A stretch of DNA of 37,253 bases from Candidatus Wolframiiraptor sinensis (lineage in GTDB: Archaea; Thermoproteota; Nitrososphaeria_A; Caldarchaeales; Wolframiiraptoraceae). Positions 1 to 7,937 of the stretch are shown here, piece after piece. The translations under genes were made by a program, and so were the position numbers. The notes beneath the pieces were generated by a model. That model ran no database searches. It was given only the letters and a program-made list of their open reading frames with translations, and was not told the origin of the DNA. Positions within the stretch are counted from its first letter, which is position 1; each line of letters begins with the position of its first letter. The stretch covers positions 1 through 37,253 of the forward strand of contig JALNKA010000009.1 in the NCBI GenBank assembly GCA_023261815.1, written 5' to 3'.

Positions 1-650
1 CCCGCGAGGGCCTCGGGGGCGACCGGCTGCAGGGCGCTATCCCGTCGGGCTCGAGGGGCGCCTCCCGCCCGCCGGCGCTGGCTTCCGGATGTGGCTCGGC
101 TCCGATGTGGGGGGGTCGATGTGGGGGCGCCGCTCTGCGCTCGCCAAGCGGGGGCGGTGCTGGGCCGAAGGCTCCGCGCCGAAGAGGGGTGCCGATTGCG
201 GAACCGGATCCGGGCCGCTCCCCGGAAGCCGGGAGCCCTGGCCCGATGATGGGGGAGCGGCCTCCCAGGCACCACGCCCCAGGAGGGGTGGGGCAAGGGG
301 TGGCGCCCGAGGCCCAATAGGCCGGAGGCGCACGGGGAAGGCGGACGGCGCGCAGCTAACCCGGGAGGCGCCGCGGAGTCCGGGAGCATCAGCGGGGATC
401 ATGCTCACCCATAGCGGCGGCCAGCCCCTCCACGGCCCGGCCCCCTGCCACCCGCTCGCGGGGCCGGGGGTGACGCCATCGCACGGATCCGGGGAAGGGT
501 CCCCGGCGCCCCCGCCCATAGAATGGGGGTGGTGCGATGGCGTCCACCCTTCGGTCGGACCCGCCCCTGATGCCCGGGGAGCGGAGTTACCGGCCATCCC
601 GCCCCGCGATTTTTTGGGACGCTCATGTCCCCGCGTGGCGGGGGGCCATG
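1..650. ncRNA. Putative large structured non-coding RNA (identity unknown; probably truncated at the window start)
   Basis: About 75-80% GC in the lines I counted, far above the flanking genes. Many stems, e.g. GACGCCATCGCAC (472-484) pairs perfectly with GTGCGATGGCGTC (532-544) and encloses two hairpins. CCCGCC-C-CGCG/CGCG-T-GGCGGG encloses GGGAC/GTCCC near 598-643. The ORFs here are low-complexity G/P/R/A shadows. Oligo-T at ~610-615. Confidence 0.5.
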
Positions 651-671
651 GGCTGAGGAGGGGAGGAAGTG

Positions 672-1583
672 ATGGTGAGGAGGGTTTTCGTTGATACGGC
701 TTGGAACTCGAAGCCCCATACATGCTATGACCCTGCCGAGGACATGTTCTTTGAGGTCGAGGATCTCGCTGAGCTCGCCGGAAGATATGATGAGGTTTAC
801 ATTGATTGCGCGCTTTTCCCGAATATGTGGCCTCAGCTGAAGGCGTTGATAAACGATGGCGCGAGGGTCTTCTACTTCGCGTGGCCTTGGAAGTGGAAGA
901 GGCTACGCGAGAAATATGTTAAGGAGCTGAGGAAGAGGTTCGGCAGGGAGAAGACCGATTTCGGTGATGCCTATATCTTGTCGAGGATCCATGAGTATAA
1001 GCCGAGGCTTTTTAAGGGGATCACGCCTCTCGACGTGGAGTTCAAGCCATTATTGATGAAGGAGAGGACGCCAGCCAGGCAACTGATGAGGCTACGACGG
1101 ATGCTGGAGCTAGGCATAGATGTCGAGGATGAGATCAGGGATTGTGAGGAGCGGTTAATGGAGGTTCGCGGCGAGATAGTCGAGAATGCTGTGGAGAAGA
1201 TCCCGGGATTCATGGAGGTCGCCGAAAAGCTAGGACTAGATAATGAGGATGTCAATGCGCTGTCGGCATTAGCAGGGCTACTAATCTACCTGAGGTGGCC
1301 TTATGAGGTCATGTCAATGCATAAGGCGATAAGATACCTCGGATTATATAAGCCGGCCAAGGAAAACATTAGGAAGTTCGAGGAAAGATACGGGGAGAAA
1401 TACAGGAAGCGATATAGCGGGTATGCTAGGAGGTGCTTGAATTTGATGACGGCTGCTATATTGATCAAGAAGAAGGGAATCCTTAGGCCGAGGGCCAGGG
1501 ATGAGAAGGAGGTGCTGAGGAGGCTGCTAGGAATTCTGAAGACCCACAATAATGAGACTATTGCTGGTGGAGGGGCAGGATAA
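672..1583 (+). CDS. IS110-family/Nop-domain-like protein (RuvC DEDD-like N-terminus, coiled coil, Tnp/Nop-like C-terminus)
   Basis: N-terminal strand ending in Asp (VFVDTA), second acidic strand (VYIDC) and KTDFGDA matching the IS110 KTDxxDA motif. Helical middle region, then RYLGL resembling the IS110 AYxGL motif. Purine-rich SD upstream. Confidence 0.6.
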   Translation: MVRRVFVDTAWNSKPHTCYDPAEDMFFEVEDLAELAGRYDEVYIDCALFPNMWPQLKALINDGARVFYFAWPWKWKRLREKYVKELRKRFGREKTDFGDAYILSRIHEYKPRLFKGITPLDVEFKPLLMKERTPARQLMRLRRMLELGIDVEDEIRDCEERLMEVRGEIVENAVEKIPGFMEVAEKLGLDNEDVNALSALAGLLIYLRWPYEVMSMHKAIRYLGLYKPAKENIRKFEERYGEKYRKRYSGYARRCLNLMTAAILIKKKGILRPRARDEKEVLRRLLGILKTHNNETIAGGGAG

Positions 1584-1682
1584 AAGCCCTTATGAAGCCT
1601 GTGATCTGGCTTTAGATACTCCAGATAGTATGGGAGTAATGAAAGAGTTGGCGCAGGTGAAGGGCTATCCAGATGCCCCTCC
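1569..1682 (+). ncRNA. Candidate double kink-turn (C/D-box-like) hairpin RNA overlapping the 3' end of the IS110-like gene
   Basis: Nested pairings GGAGGGGCA/TGCCCCTCC, GGAT/ATCC, AGCCCT/AGGGCT, CCTGTG/CGCAGG and TACTCC/GGAGTA. ATGAAG (1592) lies opposite GTGA (1657-1660), and ATGAAAG (1639) lies opposite TAGA (1613-1616). A T-tract follows at ~1696-1702. Confidence 0.55.
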
Positions 1683-1711
1683 CCCGACACCACCCTCTTT
1701 TTCCCATAAGC

Positions 1712-1984
1712 TCACTCCTCGGCGGGCACGACGTGCCTGTAGTAGACCGCTTTGCCCGCTGTGGGCGAGTCCCGTATGATCTCGATTATGTCGCCGGGCT
1801 TGGCGCCGATCGCCTTAACGACCGGGTCCGAGGCCAGTATGCTTGGAAGTTGATGGGGCTTAATGCCATATTTTTTCAGAACCTGCTCGGCTTCCTCAGG
1901 GGACAGCACCCTGTGCTTCGGAACCAGGAAGTGCTCCAATATCGAGAACTCCTCTGAGGGAGGAGAATCCTTCTTCTTGGACAT
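1712..1984 (-). CDS. rpoH: DNA-directed RNA polymerase subunit H (Rpo5)
   Basis: [10 protein letters not shown]...LPSI...DPVV...[18 protein letters not shown]...YYRHV signature. Start placed at ATG 1984. Confidence 0.96.
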   Translation of the reverse strand: MSKKKDSPPSEEFSILEHFLVPKHRVLSPEEAEQVLKKYGIKPHQLPSILASDPVVKAIGAKPGDIIEIIRDSPTAGKAVYYRHVVPAEE

Positions 1985-2137
1985 CTTCCCGCGAGAGGAC
2001 TCTTCAGGAGACAAGACATAAACTATGCTCAGCCACCTACTAATAAGTGTGAGTCCAGGTTATAGGGGAGAAAAGCTCAATTAAGCCATCCCGGCAACAA
2101 TCATGCGAAGAGCTTCTCCACCACGGTGGGCCGCGCG

Positions 2138-3364
2138 ATGAGGATTCTCAGGAAAATCGTCTCAGTCGATCGTAGTAAGTGCGTTGGCTGCGGCTTCTGC
2201 AGGAGCGTTAGCGTGTGCCATGCTAGGGGGAGGTGCATCGGCTGCCTAGCCTGCTATCATGCATGCCCCTATGAGGCCAGGGTTCTAAGGTTTGAGGAGG
2301 TGGAGTGCAGACCGGTCAGATTATTCATCGATGGCGTCGAGCACATGGCCCCTGAAGGAGTCAGCGTTAAGGAGGCCCTGGAGAGCATCGGCATAATGTT
2401 CGGGGAGCCGGGGTCGAGGGGCTTAACAGCTCCATGCGGCCTCGGGGGATGTTGGGCATGCGCGGTCCTCATAAATGGCGGTCTCGAGAGATCATGTATA
2501 ACCCCGATTAGGGATGGCATGAGAATAGAGCTCGATGTCGAGGGGCTGGAGCCGCTTAGAATAGTCCATGGCCCTCAGCCCCATAGGGTCGGCGGAAAGG
2601 CCACGCCATGGTGGGAGGTAGATGGATTACGCTATGTGGAGGCGGCCATCTGGCTAGCTGGATGCGATCTAAGATGCCCCCAGTGCCAAAACTATCACGT
2701 AACCTACGATAACTCCAGTGTTCCGATGACGCCGCGGGAGGCGGCTAAAAGATTGGCCGAGTGCAGGCGCATCTATGGAACATCGGGGCTCGCTGTGAGC
2801 GGCGGCGAGCCCACCCTTAACCGGAGATGGCTCATAGAGCTCTTCAGAAGCCTCAGGAGAATGATGCCGGAAGCGCGGCTCCACTTGGACAGCAATGGGA
2901 CGATATTGACGAGGGATTACGTTGATGAGCTTGTCGAGGCCGGATGCAATAATATTGGAATCGAGCCGAAGGCCTGCAAGCCGGAGACATACATGAAGAT
3001 AACCGGGATAAGGGATGAGGAGCTGGCGAAGCGGCTCCTCGAGAGCTCCTGGAGCATCCTCGAGTACCTCGTCTCCAGCTACTCCGATAGGGTTTACATT
3101 GGAGCGGGGTTCGCATATAATCCCGCCTGGATGACGCTTGAGGAGGTCGCGGAGATAGGCGACAGGATCGCTTCAATAGATCCAGATCTTCAGGTGACGG
3201 TGCTCGACTACTTCCCGGCTTTTAGGAGGAGGGATATCAGGAGGCCCACAGCTAGCATGATGCTCGAGGTCAAGAAAGTTCTCGAGGAGAGGGGCTTGAA
3301 AACGGTCATAGTCCAGACGGGTATCGGGCACATAGGGCCCGGAGACCGCATCGTACATTATTAG
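2138..3364 (+). CDS. Radical SAM protein (PFL-activating-enzyme-like) with N-terminal 4Fe-4S and 2Fe-2S ferredoxin domains
   Basis: CxxCxxC...CxxCxxCxxxCP ferredoxin motifs, CGLGGCWAC...SC (fer2-like), radical SAM motif CDLRCPQCQN, SGGEP and DSNG. Confidence 0.85.
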   Translation: MRILRKIVSVDRSKCVGCGFCRSVSVCHARGRCIGCLACYHACPYEARVLRFEEVECRPVRLFIDGVEHMAPEGVSVKEALESIGIMFGEPGSRGLTAPCGLGGCWACAVLINGGLERSCITPIRDGMRIELDVEGLEPLRIVHGPQPHRVGGKATPWWEVDGLRYVEAAIWLAGCDLRCPQCQNYHVTYDNSSVPMTPREAAKRLAECRRIYGTSGLAVSGGEPTLNRRWLIELFRSLRRMMPEARLHLDSNGTILTRDYVDELVEAGCNNIGIEPKACKPETYMKITGIRDEELAKRLLESSWSILEYLVSSYSDRVYIGAGFAYNPAWMTLEEVAEIGDRIASIDPDLQVTVLDYFPAFRRRDIRRPTASMMLEVKKVLEERGLKTVIVQTGIGHIGPGDRIVHY

Positions 3365-3422
3365 ACTGGCGTTCCTTTGGCCATAAAATTAAATCCGATT
3401 ATGAGCCACTATTTTCCTCTGG

Positions 3423-4658
3423 ATGGAGCAGGGCGATTGGAGGAGCATTTACAGGGAGGTCAGCGGCCTTCTCGGGCGCGGTAGGGCGAGGATAAGCAGG
3501 GATCAGGCGGAGATCGTCGCCGAGAAGCTCGATGAGCTGAAGAAGCTGTTTGTTAGGAGCGTCGTTGGAAATGAGCTCGACGAGGCCAATGAATGGTGCA
3601 TGAAGTTGAGGGAGATCTCCGAGGATATTAGGAGGGAGCTCAGGTTATTCGAGATAGTGTTTCCGCGGGAGCTAAGGAGCTTCCTAGAGGATCCAGAAGC
3701 GCATCTGCGAAAGAAGCTGTTCATATACGCCATGGATCTCGTTAGGAGAAGAATGACCTTGAGGTCCTTCGAGGAGAGGGCTCAGCGCGCGATCCAAACA
3801 TCACTTCAAACGAATATGAGAAGCATTTATCAATCCTGGATATTTCTCGTGATTCTAAGGGAGCTCGCGAATTACGGCGGCTGCCTACTATACCCGGAGC
3901 ACGGCTGCTTGAGCCTGGAGAGAAGCGGGAGGCAAAGGCTCGCGTCAATACCGCCCAATGCGGTGATTGAGACTGAATGCGGCGCGCTAAGCTTCTTCCT
4001 GGAGGCTCCGAGACCAATAACATGGGAGGATACTGGTGATTTAAGGAGAGCTTGGAGGCTTTACAAGGCCATGAGACCGGATATACTCATCTACGGCGGA
4101 AAAGTCCTGAACATACTGGATGAGAGAAATGATCCGCCAATAATGAGACCCGACGTGATCATAGAGTGCAAGGAGCTGGAGGATTGGCATAAGAGGATTA
4201 GGGAGCTGAAGGGGGACGATAAGCCGCTCTCCGCGGAGGAGTGGAGATGGATGTGGTTGAGGGGATTATGGAGGGGGCTCGGCAGGGAGCTCGGCGCGAG
4301 GACGAGACCGGAGGAGATTGAGATGGGCCCGAATGAAAGGATTCGGCTGAGAGAGCCGGAGCTCGTGAAGATCTATATGAAGCTCTATAGGCCGAGGGAG
4401 ATGCTCCTGATCTCCAGATGCGCGGCGCCCGATGAGGTGAAAAGGGAGCTGGAGTCGGAGGGAATAGAGGTCATAGATGATGTCGGATTTGATGGAGTGG
4501 CGCTAAAAGATGTCTCGAGAAAGCTATTGAACTACGCGAGGCCCGCCGAGGATGTGATCGTGTTAAGGGGAGAGTTGGCGAGATTCATAAGAATGAAGTC
4601 GAGCCTCCTCGGGAAGAGCCCCGAGAAGCTGATATGGGAGGCGATCGCATCACTCTAA
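3423..4658 (+). CDS. Hypothetical protein with a PD-(D/E)xK nuclease-like motif
   Basis: 411-aa ORF with host-like composition. Contains RPDIL...PDVIIECKE. Confidence 0.6.
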   Translation: MEQGDWRSIYREVSGLLGRGRARISRDQAEIVAEKLDELKKLFVRSVVGNELDEANEWCMKLREISEDIRRELRLFEIVFPRELRSFLEDPEAHLRKKLFIYAMDLVRRRMTLRSFEERAQRAIQTSLQTNMRSIYQSWIFLVILRELANYGGCLLYPEHGCLSLERSGRQRLASIPPNAVIETECGALSFFLEAPRPITWEDTGDLRRAWRLYKAMRPDILIYGGKVLNILDERNDPPIMRPDVIIECKELEDWHKRIRELKGDDKPLSAEEWRWMWLRGLWRGLGRELGARTRPEEIEMGPNERIRLREPELVKIYMKLYRPREMLLISRCAAPDEVKRELESEGIEVIDDVGFDGVALKDVSRKLLNYARPAEDVIVLRGELARFIRMKSSLLGKSPEKLIWEAIASL

Positions 4659-4672
4659 TTTTCAGGTAGAAT

Positions 4673-4744
4673 CATGATCAGCGCGGACTCATCCCTTTCA
4701 AGCCTCATCACCAGATCAGAAGCCGGACTCAAATCATCGTCATG
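4673..4744 (-). ncRNA. Box C/D guide sRNA candidate
   Basis: The minus strand reads C box ATGACGA, guide, D' CTGA, C' GTGATGA, guide, D CTGA, with terminal CATGA/TCATG complementarity. It is intergenic. Confidence 0.7.
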
Positions 4745-4801
4745 TAGAGAATGAGCAGCCCCATATTTCTACGTAACCCTTTCACGTATAGAATACGTCT
4801 G

Positions 4802-4893
4802 CGGGCCCGGCGGGCTTTGAACCCGCGACCCCCGGGTCTCTTCCAGAAAACCGTTAAAAGCCCGGTGCTCTATCCTGGCTGAGCTACGGGCCC
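4802..4893 (-). tRNA. tRNA-Lys(TTT) with a 17-nt intron at 37/38 (4838-4854)
   Basis: GGGCCCG acceptor stem, D arm AGCTCAGCCAGGATAGAGC, CCGGG-CTTTTA-intron-A-CCCGG and GCGGGTTCAAAGCCCGC T arm. Confidence 0.95.
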
Positions 4894-4940
4894 ACTAGCT
4901 GCTCAGCTTTTCTGGGGGAATATATAGTTAGTGGATCGGT

Positions 4941-6284
4941 TTAGCTTGGTTTCTCGGTTGTTGTCCATTTTACTCCTCTTCCGACGTGTTTCGTCTTCTC
5001 CCAGAAGACTTCCTTGAATATCTCTTGGTAGAATGCTCTTATCGCGGCTAGGGGCATCATGAAGTTCATGTAGAATATCATGTGCGGCAGGTATTTGATG
5101 AGCGCTTTTGCTGCTCCCATCCCCTCGAGCATCGCCCCCTTTATCCACGTATAATAGTAGATTGCGTTGAATGCTAGGGGGAGTATCGCCCACCATGGAA
5201 ACAGGTTGGCTGTGAGGCTCGTGGATGCTATCCCGAGGTATTCCAAGAGCCAGAGGATTGTTAGCGAGTATGCCACCCAGTTTAGGACGACCATGATGGG
5301 CGCAATTAGCATCGATATTATGGACATGGATTTTATCAGGCCGAGTCTCCTGATTATAGACGGCCTCAGCAGGATTCTCGCGTATTTTTCCAGGCTCTGG
5401 GTCCATCCTCTAAACCACCTCGTCCTCTGCCTCAGCCATGCTCTGAAAGTTGTTGGAGCTTCCTCCCAGTGCCTCGCATCTATGACCACCACCTTCCTGC
5501 CGGATAGATAGAATCTCACCGTTATCTCCGCGTCCTCGGCGAGGTTGAGCGGATCCCATCTTCCGACCTCGCTTATCGCGGATCTTCTAATGTAGTTTCC
5601 CGTGCCGCCGAGAGGCGTGAAGAAGCCCAGCCTCGACCTGCCGTTCAGCATAACCCTGAACCACCCGGCATATTCCATCGAGAAGATTCTAGTTATCCAG
5701 TTATCCGACTCGTTGATTATCCTAAGTATTGCTTGGACGGAATCGAGGGCGTGGTTCTCGATCGCCGACGCGACCTTCAGGAATGTATCGGCATCCGGCA
5801 CATCCTCGACATCGACTATTCCTATCACGTCTCCCTTGCAGAGCGCTAGCGAGTCGTTTAACGCGCTCGGCTTAGTCGGGAAATACTCCCTCCTGATGAG
5901 CGGGAGAACCCTTCCGGGGTAAACCTGAGCGTACCACGTCGCTATCCTCTCGCCGATCGGGTCCTCGGTCACGACTATTATCTCCTTACGGTCCAGGGGA
6001 TATTCCACGTTATTCACGCATACTTCGATCGTTCTCGAGAGTATCGGCTCATCCCTGGCCGGGATTATGAGGGAGATTGTCGGATACGATCTCGGGGTCG
6101 ACCCCGGGTTGAGGGGCTTCTTCACCCCGGCTGCTAGTATGGCTACGTGATAGATCCCCCAAGCTATGTAGATTATTGTCAGGCCGTATGCGACTATCAG
6201 GAGCACCTGCCTCGGATATAGCGCTAGCAGGAGTATTATCGCGAGTATGAGTGTTATGAATGCCGCCGGCTTAATGATCCGCAT
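4941..6284 (-). CDS. Processive GT2 family membrane glycosyltransferase (cellulose/PNAG-synthase-like)
   Basis: IIPARDE, KPSALN, DVED, GGTG, AEDAE and QRTRW (QxxRW) motifs, with N- and C-terminal TM helices. The start overlaps the upstream gene's end. Confidence 0.9.
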   Translation of the reverse strand: MRIIKPAAFITLILAIILLLALYPRQVLLIVAYGLTIIYIAWGIYHVAILAAGVKKPLNPGSTPRSYPTISLIIPARDEPILSRTIEVCVNNVEYPLDRKEIIVVTEDPIGERIATWYAQVYPGRVLPLIRREYFPTKPSALNDSLALCKGDVIGIVDVEDVPDADTFLKVASAIENHALDSVQAILRIINESDNWITRIFSMEYAGWFRVMLNGRSRLGFFTPLGGTGNYIRRSAISEVGRWDPLNLAEDAEITVRFYLSGRKVVVIDARHWEEAPTTFRAWLRQRTRWFRGWTQSLEKYARILLRPSIIRRLGLIKSMSIISMLIAPIMVVLNWVAYSLTILWLLEYLGIASTSLTANLFPWWAILPLAFNAIYYYTWIKGAMLEGMGAAKALIKYLPHMIFYMNFMMPLAAIRAFYQEIFKEVFWEKTKHVGRGVKWTTTEKPS

Positions 6285-7242
6285 GACCCGCTGCACCGAT
6301 GATCCTCGCTATCTCATTGACTATTCTGTCAACGGATTCGCGTATTTCTTCCACCTTGATCACCCTTATTTTCTCCGGGTTGAAGATCATCTCCAGCTCC
6401 GGCCTGAAGCTCGATGGCAATACTATTATCATCATCGAGTTCGGAATATCAGCGGCCTTCAACGACATTATGATGGGATACAGCTCGTCAGCGATCTTCT
6501 CCGGAGCTATCTCTATTACCAGAGGTTGATCTCCCTTAACATATATGGGCACGTTATAGGTTATGCCGCTCACTCCGCGCACCCGCGCGAATGTCGCGGC
6601 ATCGAGCCCTAGAGCTTTAAGCCTCTGAGCTATTGTCTCCACGGCGTCGAATACTTGGGAGAGCTTTTTGGCCTCCTCCGACAGCCGATAAACCGGATAC
6701 TTCTTAACCTCTAGCTGCTGAATCCTGTTCACATGGCCGTTCTCGCACTCGACCTCAATTACCGGTATCTGGAAGACCATCTTGCAATCGCCGCATACGA
6801 ATCCCAGCCCAGGCCTCCCGTAATCTATGCCAACTCTCTTCATCTCCTTGCCGCATTTAGGGCAGCGGTAAATGCCCGGGCTCGTCTGCGCGAACTCCTC
6901 AATGCTTCCAGTATGGCCGCAGTCATAATGTATCATCAGCTCCCTCTTCTCGATGTTCCTAGAGAAGCATCGGGGGCACTTGAGTGCTATGTGGAGGCAG
7001 GTGGTCCCGCATACCGCGCAGGATGGGAAAGAAACTTCTCTAGCAACCTCCATCAAACCCCTCTCATGATAGACTCTTATCTTCTCCTCCGGGACCTCTA
7101 TGCCGAATAACTCGTAAACCACCCCAATGCCCTGCCTAATACTGGGCTTAAACTCCACGAGCTCTCCCTTGCGCAGGACCTCATAGAGCGATGAAAAGAA
7201 ATGGACGTCTACGGATCTGAGCCCCTGAGAATCGGCGAGCAA
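6271..7242 (-). CDS. TackOD1-like multi-zinc-ribbon protein with a C-terminal restriction-endonuclease-like fold
   Basis: CAVC, CPRC, HYDCG, CPKC...GIDY, CGDC and CENGH pattern typical of TackOD1. C-terminal RGVSGITY motif. Confidence 0.7.
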   Translation of the reverse strand: MLADSQGLRSVDVHFFSSLYEVLRKGELVEFKPSIRQGIGVVYELFGIEVPEEKIRVYHERGLMEVAREVSFPSCAVCGTTCLHIALKCPRCFSRNIEKRELMIHYDCGHTGSIEEFAQTSPGIYRCPKCGKEMKRVGIDYGRPGLGFVCGDCKMVFQIPVIEVECENGHVNRIQQLEVKKYPVYRLSEEAKKLSQVFDAVETIAQRLKALGLDAATFARVRGVSGITYNVPIYVKGDQPLVIEIAPEKIADELYPIIMSLKAADIPNSMMIIVLPSSFRPELEMIFNPEKIRVIKVEEIRESVDRIVNEIARIIGAAGHADH

Positions 7243-7261
7243 TCTCTCCTCGGAAGAGGGG

Positions 7262-7277
7262 TAACCGATATCGGTTA
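7262..7277. promoter_or_regulatory. Perfect 16-bp palindrome overlapping the probable TATA box of the TackOD1-GT2 operon
   Basis: TAACCGATATCGGTTA, adjacent to minus-strand CTATATAA (~7275-7282). Confidence 0.45.
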
Positions 7278-7378
7278 TATAGTTTTGCTCCTATTCCTCC
7301 GGGCCACATAATGTTTTAGCGCTATCGGCCTTCTCGGCAGAAAAAGATGGAGGGGTGTTGTGGATGTGCTGCCGCCGA

Positions 7379-7612
7379 CTATTCCGCGATTATCGCCGTC
7401 TCGGTGGATTGGACTCCGCGCACTCTCTGCACTCTTTTGAGGACCAGATTTCCCAGCTCCTCGATCGTTTCAGCCTCGACCAGCGCGACGACGTCGTATC
7501 TCCCGCTCACGACCTTCGCCGACTTTACGTTCTTTATGCGTGAGAGCCCCTTAGCGACCGCCGCCGCGTTCCCCTTCAAGGCTCTTATGAAAACGTATGC
7601 TCTAACGGGCAT
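7379..7612 (-). CDS. Stand-alone Lrp/AsnC ligand-binding (RAM) domain protein
   Basis: AYVFI...VSGRYDVVALVE...GVQSTETAI, 77 aa, no HTH. Confidence 0.88.
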   Translation of the reverse strand: MPVRAYVFIRALKGNAAAVAKGLSRIKNVKSAKVVSGRYDVVALVEAETIEELGNLVLKRVQRVRGVQSTETAIIAE

Positions 7613-7619
7613 GATCCTT

Positions 7620-7853
7620 TCACCCCATCGCGACTAGGGTCTCGGTTCTCTCGACGCCCTCGATCGCCTGGATTTTCTCCATGACGAGGACCGCTAGCTT
7701 CTTGAGATCCTCCGCCTCCACCTCGACCACTGCGTCAAATCTGCCGGTTACCGGCGCCGCCGACTTGACCCCCTCGACAGACCTTACCCGCTCCAAAACC
7801 TCGCGGAGACCCGTCTTCGAGCATCTCAGCAAAATGTAAGCATATACTGGCAT
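7620..7853 (-). CDS. Stand-alone Lrp/AsnC ligand-binding (RAM) domain protein
   Basis: AYILL...VTGRFDAVVEVE...GVERTETLV, 77 aa. Tandem paralog of the adjacent gene. Confidence 0.88.
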   Translation of the reverse strand: MPVYAYILLRCSKTGLREVLERVRSVEGVKSAAPVTGRFDAVVEVEAEDLKKLAVLVMEKIQAIEGVERTETLVAMG

Positions 7854-7937
7854 TTACTCCTACCTCAATAGCATGAAATATTCATCTAAAGATAAGCTTT
7901 ATGCAGGGATGCGGTCGCGGCTTTGCATTCCTTCCCT

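Noticed and set aside
1-650. RNase P RNA, SRP RNA, 5S rRNA or group II intron identity
   Set aside because: I could not find the RNase P GAGGAAAGUCC/AACAGAA elements, the SRP helix 8 motif, a complete 5S pattern or domain V on either strand.
37-723. Long ORFs on both strands (228, 201 and 104 aa)
   Set aside because: Low-complexity G/P/R/A/S translations are expected from stop-poor DNA of about 77% GC. They have no motifs or host-like composition.
1584-1710. TIGR or CRISPR-like array beside the IS110/Nop-like gene
   Set aside because: There is only one hairpin unit and no periodic repeats with spacers.
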